Shown: positions 1-11,567 of the stretch, piece after piece
Layout of the letters: the number at the start of each line of letters is the position of its first letter
Position numbering within the stretch: the stretch's first letter is position 1
Program-made: the position numbers and the translations under genes
Source: Lama glama
Lineage: Eukaryota
Assembly: GCA_028534125.1 (NCBI GenBank)
Contig: CM052816.1
Coordinates: forward strand, 82,150,001 to 82,214,000
DNA length: 64,000 bases
Direction: 5' to 3'
The notes under the pieces: model-generated
What the model saw: only the letters and a program-made list of their open reading frames with translations
What the model was told of the DNA's origin: nothing
The model's database searches: none

Positions 1-699
1 TAATCCCAAGATTCTATGACTCGGAGATGTTATGCATTCATTCTTTCAGGATAGAATTAGAGTTGATTTCAGATAACCTAAATGAATGTGGGCTGAGTGC
101 AAGACCAATAATAGGTTTCTGACTTTGGCCGACACAATCAACACTATTGGTATGTAAGGAAAAAATATTGATTCATTTCAACCAGTCAGAAGTGTTTACT
201 TTCTAAAGGGTTCTGGCAGTGAGCTGGAGAGCTTGACTAGTGAGTGAGGAGTGACTGGGGACAAACTGAGTTGCTACAGTTGACAAAGGACTTTGTCAAA
301 GTGCAGCCAGGCTGTGCTTGCATAATGAACAACCAAGACATCTATTAAATCGAATTCTGTTCAAGAGATTCAATTTGCATGACAAACTACATGGTTTCCA
401 TTTAAATGTTTTCCCCCTGCACACTGCCTGTCCAGGATAGGGTGAGAATTCAGGAAAGACAGCAGATGCTAAAGAGAAGGAAAAATCTAGAAGATTTAAG
501 GATGATGTTTCATGGAAAAAGATCGTTTCAGTTCTTAAACTGGATCAAGCACATTCTCCTCTTCAGTCCTTACCCATACTGTCTCTCTTTCTGGAACCTT
601 CTATCCATCTCGATTTCTGGTACCCTCTATGCATCTCCACCTTGTTTTCTCTGGGCTTCCTCCATTTTATCCTTCAGATTGGGGAATAAAATATTACTA

Positions 700-967
700 C
701 TTCAAAGAGGTCTATCATGATTTCCCCCTTATTCTCTGTCATTTCACCCAAGTCTGTCTTCTTCACAGCACATGTTATAGTTTTTAAATAACATATCTAT
801 TTATTGAATTGTTTATTTGTTTACCCCTTTTTCCTTCCTCTACATTATAAGCTTCTCAAGGACAAGGACTATGTCTATTTTACTCATCAGTGTATACTTA
901 TCTAGCTCAGTTCCTGGTACTTAGTAATGCCTCACAATGAAATGAATACACAGATGAGCGAATAAAT
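700..967 (+). mobile_element. L2 3' end
   Basis: tataagcttctcaaggacaaggactatgtctatttt...ttcctggtacttagta...aaatgaat. Confidence 0.7.
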
Positions 968-1639
968 GGAGTATATGGCCATCCTCACTTTAATCAACTA
1001 CATTAACTCTATGAGACAATATGAGATGCAAGGATTGTGCTGGAATGTGTTTATGAAGTTAAAATATTCTAGACACTTTTAAATGGATTTAGCATATCTG
1101 TCGGAGTTGGTCCTGCTTCCTGAGTTGTCATATTAAAAAAAAATCAGTATTTGCTTTAATTTTGGCAAATATGGACAATATTGTCTCATTAATTCAAAAG
1201 AGAAAAAAGAAACTAGTTAGTAGGTAGACCTTTGATACTAGGGCTACACCCTGACAAGGCCCTCTGGTGCTCTCCCACCTGGATGGTTTGCCACAGGAAA
1301 TATGAAGCACTCCCTTTAATCATGGATGTCTGCAAAGAATTACATTCTCATTCTGATTTAATAAGATTAGACTATACTATGCAAAAAATGAAAAATACAG
1401 ATTTTGGGCAATTTTAGTATATATCTGAGTTTTTCCTTTTAAGGCTTAAGTCCTACAATTATGTGTGGAAACTAGCAGGAGAGCTGCAGCTTTTTCATGC
1501 TGTATTTAATGGGCTTTCCATTTCACCACATGGATTCTAGGTGGAGAATGATCTCCTGGACTAAACAGATTCTCAGGCTTGATAAACAGTGCTTAGGAAG
1601 TAATTTGAACTTTAACAAAAATGCTTTGTTTATTAATTT

Positions 1640-2830
1640 GTCCATTCATTTACTCAATATTTACTGAATGCTTCCTAGGTCCCAGGCATTGTTCTAGGTG
1701 CTGAAGACCCAATAGAGGACAAGGTATAGCCAGTTATTTTCCCTTATAGAACTTAGAATCAGTCGGGGGGGGGGGGCAGGGAAGAAAATACACACGTGGA
1801 CATGTGAGTAAAGATCACTTTGGGATGAGAAGTTCCGTGAAGGAAATGAAATGAGGTGATGTGATGGAGTATCTTGGGTGAGCTACTTAGAGCTGAGACA
1901 TGAATGATGTGAAGGAGGCAATTGTATGTTGAGCCTGGGAAGGGTTCCAGAGACAGAGTAGTAAGAGCAAAGGTGTTCTAGTGTCATAGGGTTGCAGGTT
2001 TTATAGTGGGAAAAGGTTTTGAATGTTTGGTGTATTAGCCAGGGTTCTCAAGAGGAGCAGACCCAACAAGATGTCTGCCTGCCTGCCTATCTATCTATCT
2101 ATCTATCTATCTATCAAGATTTATTTTAGGGAATTGGCTCATGCAATTATGGAGGCTTGGTGAGTCTAAAATATGACGGGTAGGCTGGCAGGCTGGAGAC
2201 TCAGGAAAGCGTTTCGGTTCAAGTCCAAAGGCCATGTGCTGGCCGAATTCCATTTTGCCTGTGGGTTGAATTGGGGAAGATAGAAGGTGTTAATCTTTGT
2301 TCTCTCAAGGCCTTCAATTGATTGGATGAGGCCCATTCACATTACAGAGAGTGATCAGCTTTATCCAAAGTCCACCAGTTTTAAAGTTAGACTCATCCTA
2401 AAATCACTTTCACAGAAACGTCCACAGTCATGTTTGACTAACTATATGGGCATGGTGGCCTAGCCAAGTTGACACATAAAATGATCATATTTGCGAAAGA
2501 AGAAGAGGTTAAATGTTACTGATGCACAGTGCACAAGGAAAAGGGTGGTGGACAATGAGGGCAGGTATGTGCAGTGGGAATCACTGAAGCTTTGGAAGCC
2601 ACGTGAGTAACATGAACTGATTTAATTTTACAGATGTCTCTTTCTGTGTGTTGAGGCTGGATTTCACAGGAGCAGGAGAGAGTAATTAGGGAGACAAGTT
2701 TGGTGGCTTCTGTGGTAGTTTAGGCACAAGGAAATGGTGATTTGGACTTAGCTTCTGCAAGTGGTGGGAGAGGAAACGAGAAGGATTCTGGGCATATGTG
2801 GGGAGCAGGTGTGACTGGCCACCGATGGAC
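1640..2830 (-). mobile_element. L2 fragment interrupted by MLT2
   Basis: cattcatttactcaatatttactgaatgc...ccaggcattgttctaggtgctg (reverse of the L2 3' end); similarity continues after 2490. Confidence 0.7.
2031..2490 (-). mobile_element. MLT2 (ERVL) solo LTR with internal (CTGC)n(TATC)n microsatellite
   Basis: tgtattagccagggttctc...ggaattggctcatgcaattatggaggc...ggcctagccaagttgacacataaaat is the reverse complement of the MLT2B/D consensus. Confidence 0.9.
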
Positions 2831-3924
2831 GGAATGTTGGGCTAACTCAAGGCGGGCCCAGGAAAATGGGAGAGTGGGAGGCATGTATTTCAGAATTTTC
2901 TGTCAGAATAAATGGAAGCATGTGTAGTTATCTTTAAAACCAAAAAACCCCCTGTGTTTCTCATATCTACAATTTATACCAGTAAAATAGGTTCTTTGTT
3001 AAATGGATGAAATTGCAGTACATTTGGAATTACTTATGCATGTTTTACTTTAATTAACAATAAATCTTTAAGACATGTGAGATAAATCTCTTTCAGGTAC
3101 AGTTTTCTTTTAGCTATAATTTAAAATAAAACAATTCAGTATTGTGCACTTTTTTTGTTTTTGTGAATTTCTCTACTTATAAAATGTCTAATTGTATCAT
3201 TGGACAATATATTATAATTAAGTTTAAAATAGTAATGTTATAAAAAGATATTGCAAGTATATTTCAAGTTAGTAGTTCCACAATTATAAATGCTTTGCAA
3301 TTACAAATGTATTATAATAATATTATTATTTAGAAATTTGGTTATAAAAATGAAATAAAAAAAACTTAAAATCTTTAATGATAATGGAAAAAACAAGTGC
3401 CTCCTCTGTTTAAGCAAAGAAACTTCTAAATGCCTAATTCCAGTACCATCTATCCTTACGCTCAATTTATATCTGTATTTAAGCTAAATATATATTAAGC
3501 CTTTTTCTACTTTCAAAAACTGGTTTAAATTTTTGGAGAGTGATTAGATCTATCTAAATAGCAGAATAGGAAGTCATGTCCTAAATCCAAAGTTAATTAA
3601 AATATTAATAGAAGGAAAACTGTGCTTCAGACTGGGATTTCTTTACTTGCTGCTGGGAACTTGATATTGTAACCTGTGTATACCCTCTGGATAAGCTGAG
3701 TAGTGTTCAAACTCCACATCTTTTACCCTTTCCTTGTTACCTTCCCACCTAAAGACCCAGTTCTTTGAAGTGAGGGAGGGTGTCTTATTGATCATGACAT
3801 CTCAGTGTCTGGCATGGTACCTGAGCCAGGCTCTTATTAAGATGCTCAATTAATAGTCCTGAAAAAACTGATTCACTCAATTCATTTGTGAGTGTTCAGT
3901 TATTTATTTAGAAAAATCTAGACT

Positions 3925-4170
3925 CAGCTTCTCAAACTGTAGATTGTGACCCATTAGCTGGTCCTGAAACCAACTTAGTAAGTCTGAAGAGAATTTAAAA
4001 ATAATTAAATGGAATAGTATATCATAGAACAGATAGCTTTGCATGTAGTAAATTTCTTTTTTTTTTGATGAAGCTTTTAGGTTATAAACATATGTGAATA
4101 TGTACATTCGGTTGTGATGTAAAATGTATTTCTTACTGTGTGTTGTTTTTGCATTCAAAAAGTTGGTCTA
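3925..4170. mobile_element. Non-autonomous hAT-Charlie DNA transposon (MER112-like; subfamily uncertain)
   Basis: ttctcaaactgtagattgtgacccattag ... gtgatgtaaaatgtatttcttactgtg, with tctag flanks. Confidence 0.6.
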
Positions 4171-4709
4171 GGTTTTAAAGTTAAAAAGATTATTTTTTTA
4201 AAAAAGGATCCAAATTTATGAAAATTATGCCTAATAGTAGGAGACAGACAGGGACTATATGGGAAGATTGAGGCCATGTTGACTATTCAACACACATAAC
4301 ATAGAAATAAAACAGATCCCATTTCATTTAACAAGTATATACTGTGCACTTATAAATGCCCTTGATTAAATACTGTGAGGAATATAAAAATACCTAAGAG
4401 AAGGTCCCTCTGCTCAAAGAGCATGAGAACACCCAGCAAGAACTATGTGTATCCAGCTATAGCCTTACAATCAGGAAAAGGTTATGGAATTTTTTTCTCC
4501 TCTTCTCTACTACTGATGGCCACCTATTTCCAAATTTCATAACTCAGGCTCTTAGTACTACACTTCAGATAAATTATAAGTTAATCAGCATTTGTGGGCT
4601 TGCCTAGGAATCAAACTGTCATTTATTATTTGGTTCTCATGGACAACTGAGTTTTAAATGCATTTTTTGTATAAAACCTTGTTCCTAAGTTGGAGGTTGC
4701 TCACATGCT

Positions 4710-4753
4710 CACACACACACACACACACACACTTCTTCTTTTTTTTTTTTTTT
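4710..4753. repeat. (CA)n microsatellite followed by a T-tract
   Basis: Read directly from the sequence. Confidence 0.95.
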
Positions 4754-4778
4754 GGTAGTAGGGCTTGCTGTATTAGAG

Positions 4779-5096
4779 CAGAAAATGGCAGACTTTTTCT
4801 CTAAGGAGTCAGAAAGTGAAGATTTTAGGCTTTGTGGCCACATGATCTCTGTTGCAGCTACTCAGCTCTGCTGTTGTAGTGTGAAAACAGCCATAGATAA
4901 TACATGAATGATTTGTTACAATAAAATTATATTTATGGGCACTGAAATTTGAATTTTATATAATTATCATTGAATACTAATCTTTCAATTTTTTTCCCAG
5001 CCATTTAAAACTGTGAAAACCATTCTTAGCTTGCAGGCCATACAAAAACAGGCAGTGGCTGGATTTTGCCTGAGAGCCTTAGATTGCTGACTCCTG
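4779..5096 (+). mobile_element. MER58B-like hAT-Charlie element
   Basis: gatctctgttgcagctactcagctctgctgttgtagtgtgaaaacagccataga; CAG...CTG ends; degenerate 8-bp TSD tattagag/tattaaaa. Confidence 0.85.
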
Positions 5097-5561
5097 TATT
5101 AAAAGCAACAACGGATTTTTGTCCCAAGAGATTTACTGTAATGGTTTTGTGCAACTGAATCAAGAAAATAAGCGTTAGATTGCAAACAAATTTCTCAAGC
5201 CCAGAAACTGTCTCATTTATTTTTTTAAACCTCAACTTCTCAAAAAAAAGTCAGATATAAGTTATAAAAATGTATTGAAAGTGCATAAATGAATTATTTA
5301 AGTAATATAGTAGGCTGCTTGGTAGAATTTGCAAACATGTAAGACCTCTTTATACTTCTGGTGTAGGAGGGCATAGATTTTGAAAAAAATCAAAAAGCTT
5401 TCTTTTCTTCACAATGGTAACTATGTTTTACAGTACAGCCATTGTCAGGAAAAACAGGTTTTAGGTCATCTTGTCTCCTGGTTCCCATGTGGATCTTTTC
5501 CCATGACTGTCAAATCTGATGATACAGGTTTGATTTTATGAAGGGAGCTGGCTGGTTTCCT

Positions 5562-5593
5562 TGCGCGCGCGCGCGCGCGCGTGTGTGTGTGTG
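5562..5593. repeat. (GC)9(GT)6 compound microsatellite
   Basis: Read directly from the sequence. Confidence 0.95.
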
Positions 5594-5689
5594 AATGCGT
5601 GACTGGAGGATCCAGGAGTCATGTTTTTACTTGTACAGAATAATCATCAATCAATATTATCATCATCAAATAATACTATTAATCAAAAT

Positions 5690-5870
5690 GGCCAAGATTT
5701 ATTGAGTACCTATTGTGAGCCAAGAACCATGTGATGGCCTTACAACACATCTCATTTAATCCTCACAATAATTTCAAGAAGTAGGATACTGAAGGAAAAT
5801 GATAGGGATTGAATGATTTATTCAAGGTCACATGGATGGTGGGAATCCACATAAGACTGACTCCTAAAGT
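5690..5870 (-). mobile_element. MIR SINE
   Basis: atttattgagtacctattgtgagcca...catctcatttaatcctcacaata...caaggtcaca. Confidence 0.75.
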
Positions 5871-8663
5871 TAGTCACCCCTGAATCTGCTTATTTGTGGC
5901 AGCGCTCTTTAGTTTAGACCTGGAAACTTGAAAGTCTTTGTTTTGGAATGAGTAATGAGTCTCCTGCACACCATCTGTAGAATTCTCAATTTACCTAACT
6001 TTATTAGAGTTAAATTTGATTGGGCTACATCTTCAAAGCACTGATTTGCTCTAATCAGCATTATTTTACATGGTGGAACCGAACTGGGCCCAAGCTATTT
6101 GGTTTTACATTTTCTATTGCCTAAATAGTGACACTTCCCCCAAGTGTCACTTTCACTGCATTCTTGATGGCATGTTTTCACTAACAAAGTTAAATGTTTT
6201 AAATTATTTCAGGGATATTGAAGAATGGGTTGAATAATACTCATACCTGCAATGGTTTATTATATTTAGTTCAATAAGTGTAATATCTAATTCTATGTGG
6301 TATTGTATTTAAAGGATTTAAAAATTCATTAAATATTTGCAATGAAAAAGTAAAGTATCATGTAAACCATCACTAACTAGTTGATTGGTGCTTACCAAAG
6401 GGCTTTTCTTGTAATTATAGTTAAAATATATTAAAGTTAGTGATAGACATCATTCTAGGGAATATTCAGAGAGAATTATAGTAGAGAGGAGTTTATAGCT
6501 CTCATTTTTGCCAATTTTATCCAAAATTGGGTAAAATATCTTCTCAGCAGCAGTACTGTAATTTCAGTTGTAGCAACTAGATAGAAAACAATTAAATCTA
6601 ATCACTGTTACATGTGTGACTTGATCCATTTCCACTGGATTTCAGGAATGAGCTAATATGAATTGCAATGCTTTTTACATCAAAGTTTCAAACTTTTTTA
6701 TGCTAGACATTTTGAAAGTAGCAAGAGGAAAGTCATAGTATAAAATCATTCAAAGTTGTCAGTTTATATGAGTTTCCAAAACTTTACTAGGATATGCTCA
6801 CATTTTTCATTAATTTCAGGTCAAGATTTATCTGCAATCAGTAAATAAAGGCTTACAGAAATGTAGTTCCATTGCCAAATGCCTTAGCTTCAAATGTGAT
6901 TTTCTCCCAAAGTGATTTCTTTTAGATACAATGCAATTTCTTTCTGATCCTGGGCATATGGGCCTATGCTAATATGAAATGGTGTCTTAGAAAGGTTATT
7001 TTGTTTTCTGCAGAGAGCAGTCATCTTTTGACCTATATTCAATATGTGACACAGATCTGGTTGTGCAACAACCATTAGCCTCATCCGAAATCCCCAGTTG
7101 GAGGTCAGGGCTCAGGGCAGGGACCATTACTCTTGGGTGTCAGAGCTAAACTTAATTAATGCCTTTAAAAATATATGGATGATATTTTGTTCCCCTTAAG
7201 ATGCATGAAAATGGCCTGCAGGATTTAATCCTGAAAAACGTTAAAAACAAGAATGACTTCGTTGTTTGATATGCCCCTGTGACCTCTTTCTGAAATCATC
7301 AGCACTTCCCAGTGCGTTTGGCTTTTTCCTGGCCTGCTGTGCTGTCCAGTTTTTGTTGTTGTTGTCATTTTGTTTTTTGTTAAGGTACAGATTCCTTCTG
7401 TGCACCTCTCTGGCCCTCAAGGCACCCTCTAGTAAGCCATCATCTTTTGAAGACGGGCCCTCCCCTTTCATGCTGCTGCAGAACCCAGGAAGGCCACGGG
7501 GTGGAGAGTTACAAAGAGAAGGGCTTGGGCTCACAGTTCGGAGGAACAATGGTGGTTTCTACGGTGCCAACGGGCAGAGAGGGGAACACTTCTTGTGAGC
7601 TGGTCTGAAATGTTTAGCAATCATTTTCCAATGAGAATTGGCAGTTGCCTGCTGGGACGAAATGTTATGTCAGCACAGGTGTCAAGAGAACAAGAGAGGT
7701 TTCTGAAGAAAGTAATTGGCAAATCAGATAGGGCTGGGGAAAAAGAGAGGTGCCGGGGAGGGCAAGAGGAAGAGGGCAAGGTGCTATCCAGCAGATAGCT
7801 TTAAAAGTAATTTTTATCCAGCATTATTTAAGAGCCTTTCAGAAAGCAGATCCCCCTTTCCCAGAGGCATCTGCCAACTGACAGTACAACAGGAAAAGAG
7901 AAAACTACTTCCGAAAAGCCTTTTTAAAAAAGACTTTTAGAGGCTGTTAAAAAGACATACAATCACATTCTGCTTAAACCTGTTTAAGCAGCAGTTTACT
8001 GCTCAGGCTGGGCTTCCTCTACTTAACAGTCTGTTGTTTTCCGTTACCCACCATCCCACCACCCACTCTCCAGAGCCCTTCACCCAACTGCTTAGCCGCA
8101 GCTCTGTTTTCTGGCTGAGCTCCACACAGGATGGAGACACCAATATCTAGTTCTCTTGTGTGTGGTCTGGAGATGTAGTTTTCATTTTAGCCCTTTCATT
8201 CTTGCAGTAAACGGTACACTGCTTCACCTCTGAATGTCTGAGATTTGTATTGCTTGGGAGATTTTCCAGTGGGTGTTTTGCAGCCTTCCTTCTGTGCTTT
8301 CACTGTCTGGGTTCTAATGTCCTTTCCTATCATCCATTATCCAGCCGGTGAAGTAGCTTGCATCTGTGCTTTCTGATTTGAGGAAAATGCATTGTGTTCC
8401 CTACCAGTCCTTTTTGAGAATTTGCCTGGAGATGTAAAGTTTTCAGTGAAGGAAACAAGCGTTATGCTCATCATTGTATCTGCTGTCACTAGCATATAGT
8501 AGGCAAGCCATAAATACTCACTGAAAATAGGAATGAACAAATAAATGATTGTGAATATGAATGGATGAATAGCCATCAGAAGAACAGTAGCTGGGAACAG
8601 CAAAGGGAGGTGTTCAGGGGCACACAGTTGGGCTATAAAAACACCTTCAACCAGCCTTTTATT

Positions 8664-8759
8664 TAAACATCAAAGTAAACTTTGTATGAAAGAGGTTCAT
8701 GCACATACATGCAGCCCTATGGGACAGCAAGCTTAAGCCCTGCTGGCTTCCAGTACCAG
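8664..8759 (+). repeat. Copy 1 of a local ~97-bp direct repeat
   Basis: Hand alignment to 10303-10399 gives 83/97 identical columns. Confidence 0.9.
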
Positions 8760-8799
8760 CCTTGATTTTTTTAGAATTGTAACTCATTTCCCCCATTTT

Positions 8800-9260
8800 T
8801 TATATGCAAATACTTTTTAGGGGAATGTTTTTCCTGAAAGCAGAGTTTTGGAGCAGCAAAGAGAGAAAGAAGGAGAACTGATATAAGAAAGCGTTCTCAA
8901 GGTGGCCACCACTGCATGGGATCATCCCAGAAACCCTCTGAAACGCATCTCAGGACCATCTCTCCTGAGGAAGAAAGGGAGAAACACTTCTCCATAGGCT
9001 CCCACCACTGATTTGTCAAAGGTTCACCTCCTGGAACAAATTGCCCGTACTTCTGGGTTGTATTCGGTGTAGCAGACAACAGGTTCCTGTGGTGTCTCAC
9101 TCTGTGGCATCAACACAGAAGCCCCAGGGCAGAAGGGAAGGTGTGCATTTCCAAGAATTGGGTCAGAATTTGTGCAGAATTGGTTGTCATGGCAGTGGCA
9201 GGAATGAGAGTCAGAGGAAGTAAGGAGATCTGAAATGGTGCAGGAGCGGTATCTGATACA
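8800..9260 (-). mobile_element. LTR16-family (ERVL) solo LTR
   Basis: Minus strand begins TGTATCAGATACCGCTCCTGCACCATTTCAGATCTCC; the internal agccccagggcagaa motif is typical of LTR16. Confidence 0.6.
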
Positions 9261-10302
9261 ATTCCCAAAACTAATATACCACCTGTAGTCACTCACTGTT
9301 TTTAGGGAAAAAATGTGAAACCACTTAGATCTGAATTAATAATTTGAAAACTAGAATAACTATTGTGTTTAATAATATAAATTGAGTGTACCGCTAGTAA
9401 GACCATATCACAGAGTTAGAGAAATAGAGAATTAGACTCATCTGGCTCTGTGTGTCTCTGTGTGTCTTATTTTTGATGAATAGATTGTTTTCAGGAGATC
9501 TTAAAATTGGAGACCTGCCAGGAGAGACCTGCAGTTCCAACGGTTTTCTCCATTCATGTTAGGGGAATGACTGTGCAAAGGAATTGACCTGGGCTTGGTG
9601 TAGCGCTACCTGAATTAGATTTCTGGGAAATCTAATGCCAGCTTCAGAAGTGCTCCAACTGAGGAATTTAGGGAGAACCAAAGCCTCAGAGAAAAAGCAT
9701 GTTAGCTGAAGTTGTACCAATATCAGGGGTGGAGTACGTACACATTAATCTTTCATGATCTACCAGAGGGCCTCAATCTTTTTGCTTGCACGTCAAAATA
9801 ATACTGAAAAAAAATCTATGTATTTCTTCATATTAATAGTTAAAAACATTTTACTATCAGCTTAAGCTGTTGAAAAGAATGTAATTTCTGGCCAATTGTA
9901 AATATTAACACTAAAACAAACTATCAAATCACTCTGAAAATTTTCCAATGGAATCTTAATACAATAGCAATTCAATGGCCACAATACCTCAACTAAAAAT
10001 ATGGGAATGAGATCATTTTCATAGTCAGAAATTTTATGCCTTTCCTTTTGTTCATGAACTCATTTCGATTCAACTTTCCTCACATATTTTAATCTAAGGT
10101 AATTTTTATGCTTGAATGTCTTATACTGATCACATATACTCTGCAAAAATTATGTACATGAAATGAAATTTGGTTAAGATTAACATTTTCTGTAAGTCTC
10201 TAAGTACTACTAATTTTGTTCTGAATAGATTTAACTTTATTATTATTCTTATAACACAAAGCAACTTAATTGCAAATTTTTATAGTTGTATAATTATATT
10301 TA

Positions 10303-10399
10303 TAAACATAAAAGTAAACCTTATATGGAAAAGGCTCATGCACATATATGCAGCCCTATGGGACTTGCAAGCATAAGACCCGCTGGCCTCCAGTGCCAG
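10303..10399 (+). repeat. Copy 2 of a local ~97-bp direct repeat
   Basis: Hand alignment to 8664-8759 gives 83/97 identical columns. Confidence 0.9.
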
Positions 10400-10985
10400 G
10401 CGACCCAGAGGTGTCCCCTGGGTAGCAGTCACAGAAATTGGTGCTCCAGATGAGGGTATGTATAAGCCCTGTCTGGAAGATAACTCCGGAGCTGCAGGGA
10501 GGCAGAGGTCAAGTGCAGATGGCGTGTACTGGCCTTCCATCCCTAAGAGCGCATCCGTTCCCTGAGAACAGGGCCCTAGGCCTCTAGTTCTGGGCCAGAG
10601 CTGAAACCTGCCCCTCAAGCCCAATCTTCAGGCCAAGCAAATGAGCCTCTTTCTCAGAAGACGGGGGTGTAGGGGGAGGTATGGGAGAGGAGGCGGTGGG
10701 GGTGGGGCAAAAGGTTGAGGGAGGGGGAGGGTTGAGGAAGGGAGAGGGGTTGGGGGAGAAAGGGGGTGGGGGCGCGCGTGTGTGCACCGTCCCACTGCGC
10801 ACTGTCCAGGCTGGGGGCCAGTAACTGTCTCCTCCCGCCGGACCCAGAACGAAGCCCCCGGCCACCAAAGCCAGGAAACCGAGGCGTGTCCCAGCCTCGA
10901 GCACTGGGGCACCAGGCGCCCGTCTAGGGTCCCCTCCCGGAGACGCGGCGCTTGGGACGCGGAGGACGGCGAGCGCCTAGATGAG

Positions 10986-11007
10986 AAGATGGCGCCCCCT
11001 GCTGGGG
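10986..11007 (-). promoter_or_regulatory. Overlapping CTCF and YY1 motifs
   Basis: Minus strand CCCCAGCAGGGGGCGCCATCTT contains a near-consensus CTCF core (CCAGCAGGGGGCGC) overlapping the YY1 core (CGCCATCTT). Confidence 0.7.
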
Positions 11008-11555
11008 CGCGGCAGAGAGAGCTCGGAGGTGTGCCCGGAGGCTTCCTCTGGGGAAGCGCCCCGACAGCCCCACGTGTGAGCCAGTCGGCCGCCGGCGCCT
11101 CAGGCCCAAGCCAAGCTGCGAGAAGACGCGCGTCTCCCGCCCGAGGCCCGCGCCTCGCGTCGGCCCGCGCTGCGCCTGCGGCAGGTGAGTCCGCGCGCGC
11201 GCCGCCAGCCCTGTGGGAGCGCTTCCTCGCCTAGCTCCGCGCTGTGGGTCTGCCGCACTGGAGCCCGGGGGTTTCCAAAGGTGTTGTGGGGGCTCCCCTC
11301 AGGCGCAGGTGCGAGGTGGGGCTCACACCCTTCCCTCCTCAGGGAGAGGCTCGGGTTGCGCGCTCCCGCCCCGCTGCGGCGCGGGGGGCTGGCGTTCCTG
11401 GCGGGATGGGTCCCCGCCTCTCCTACCTGCCTCCGGGTGGGCCTTCTCCGCCAGGAGCTGCTCAGCCAGCTTTGAGGTTTTCTTCCGAGGAATCCCTCCA
11501 CACGTAGGTGGATTCACTGCGTCCGTGGGCGGAGGTGAGGTCGGGGCCCTCAGAC

Positions 11556-11567
11556 GCCGCCATCTTG
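11556..11567 (-). promoter_or_regulatory. YY1 consensus site
   Basis: GCCGCCATCTTG is the reverse complement of the full consensus CAAGATGGCGGC. Confidence 0.65.
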
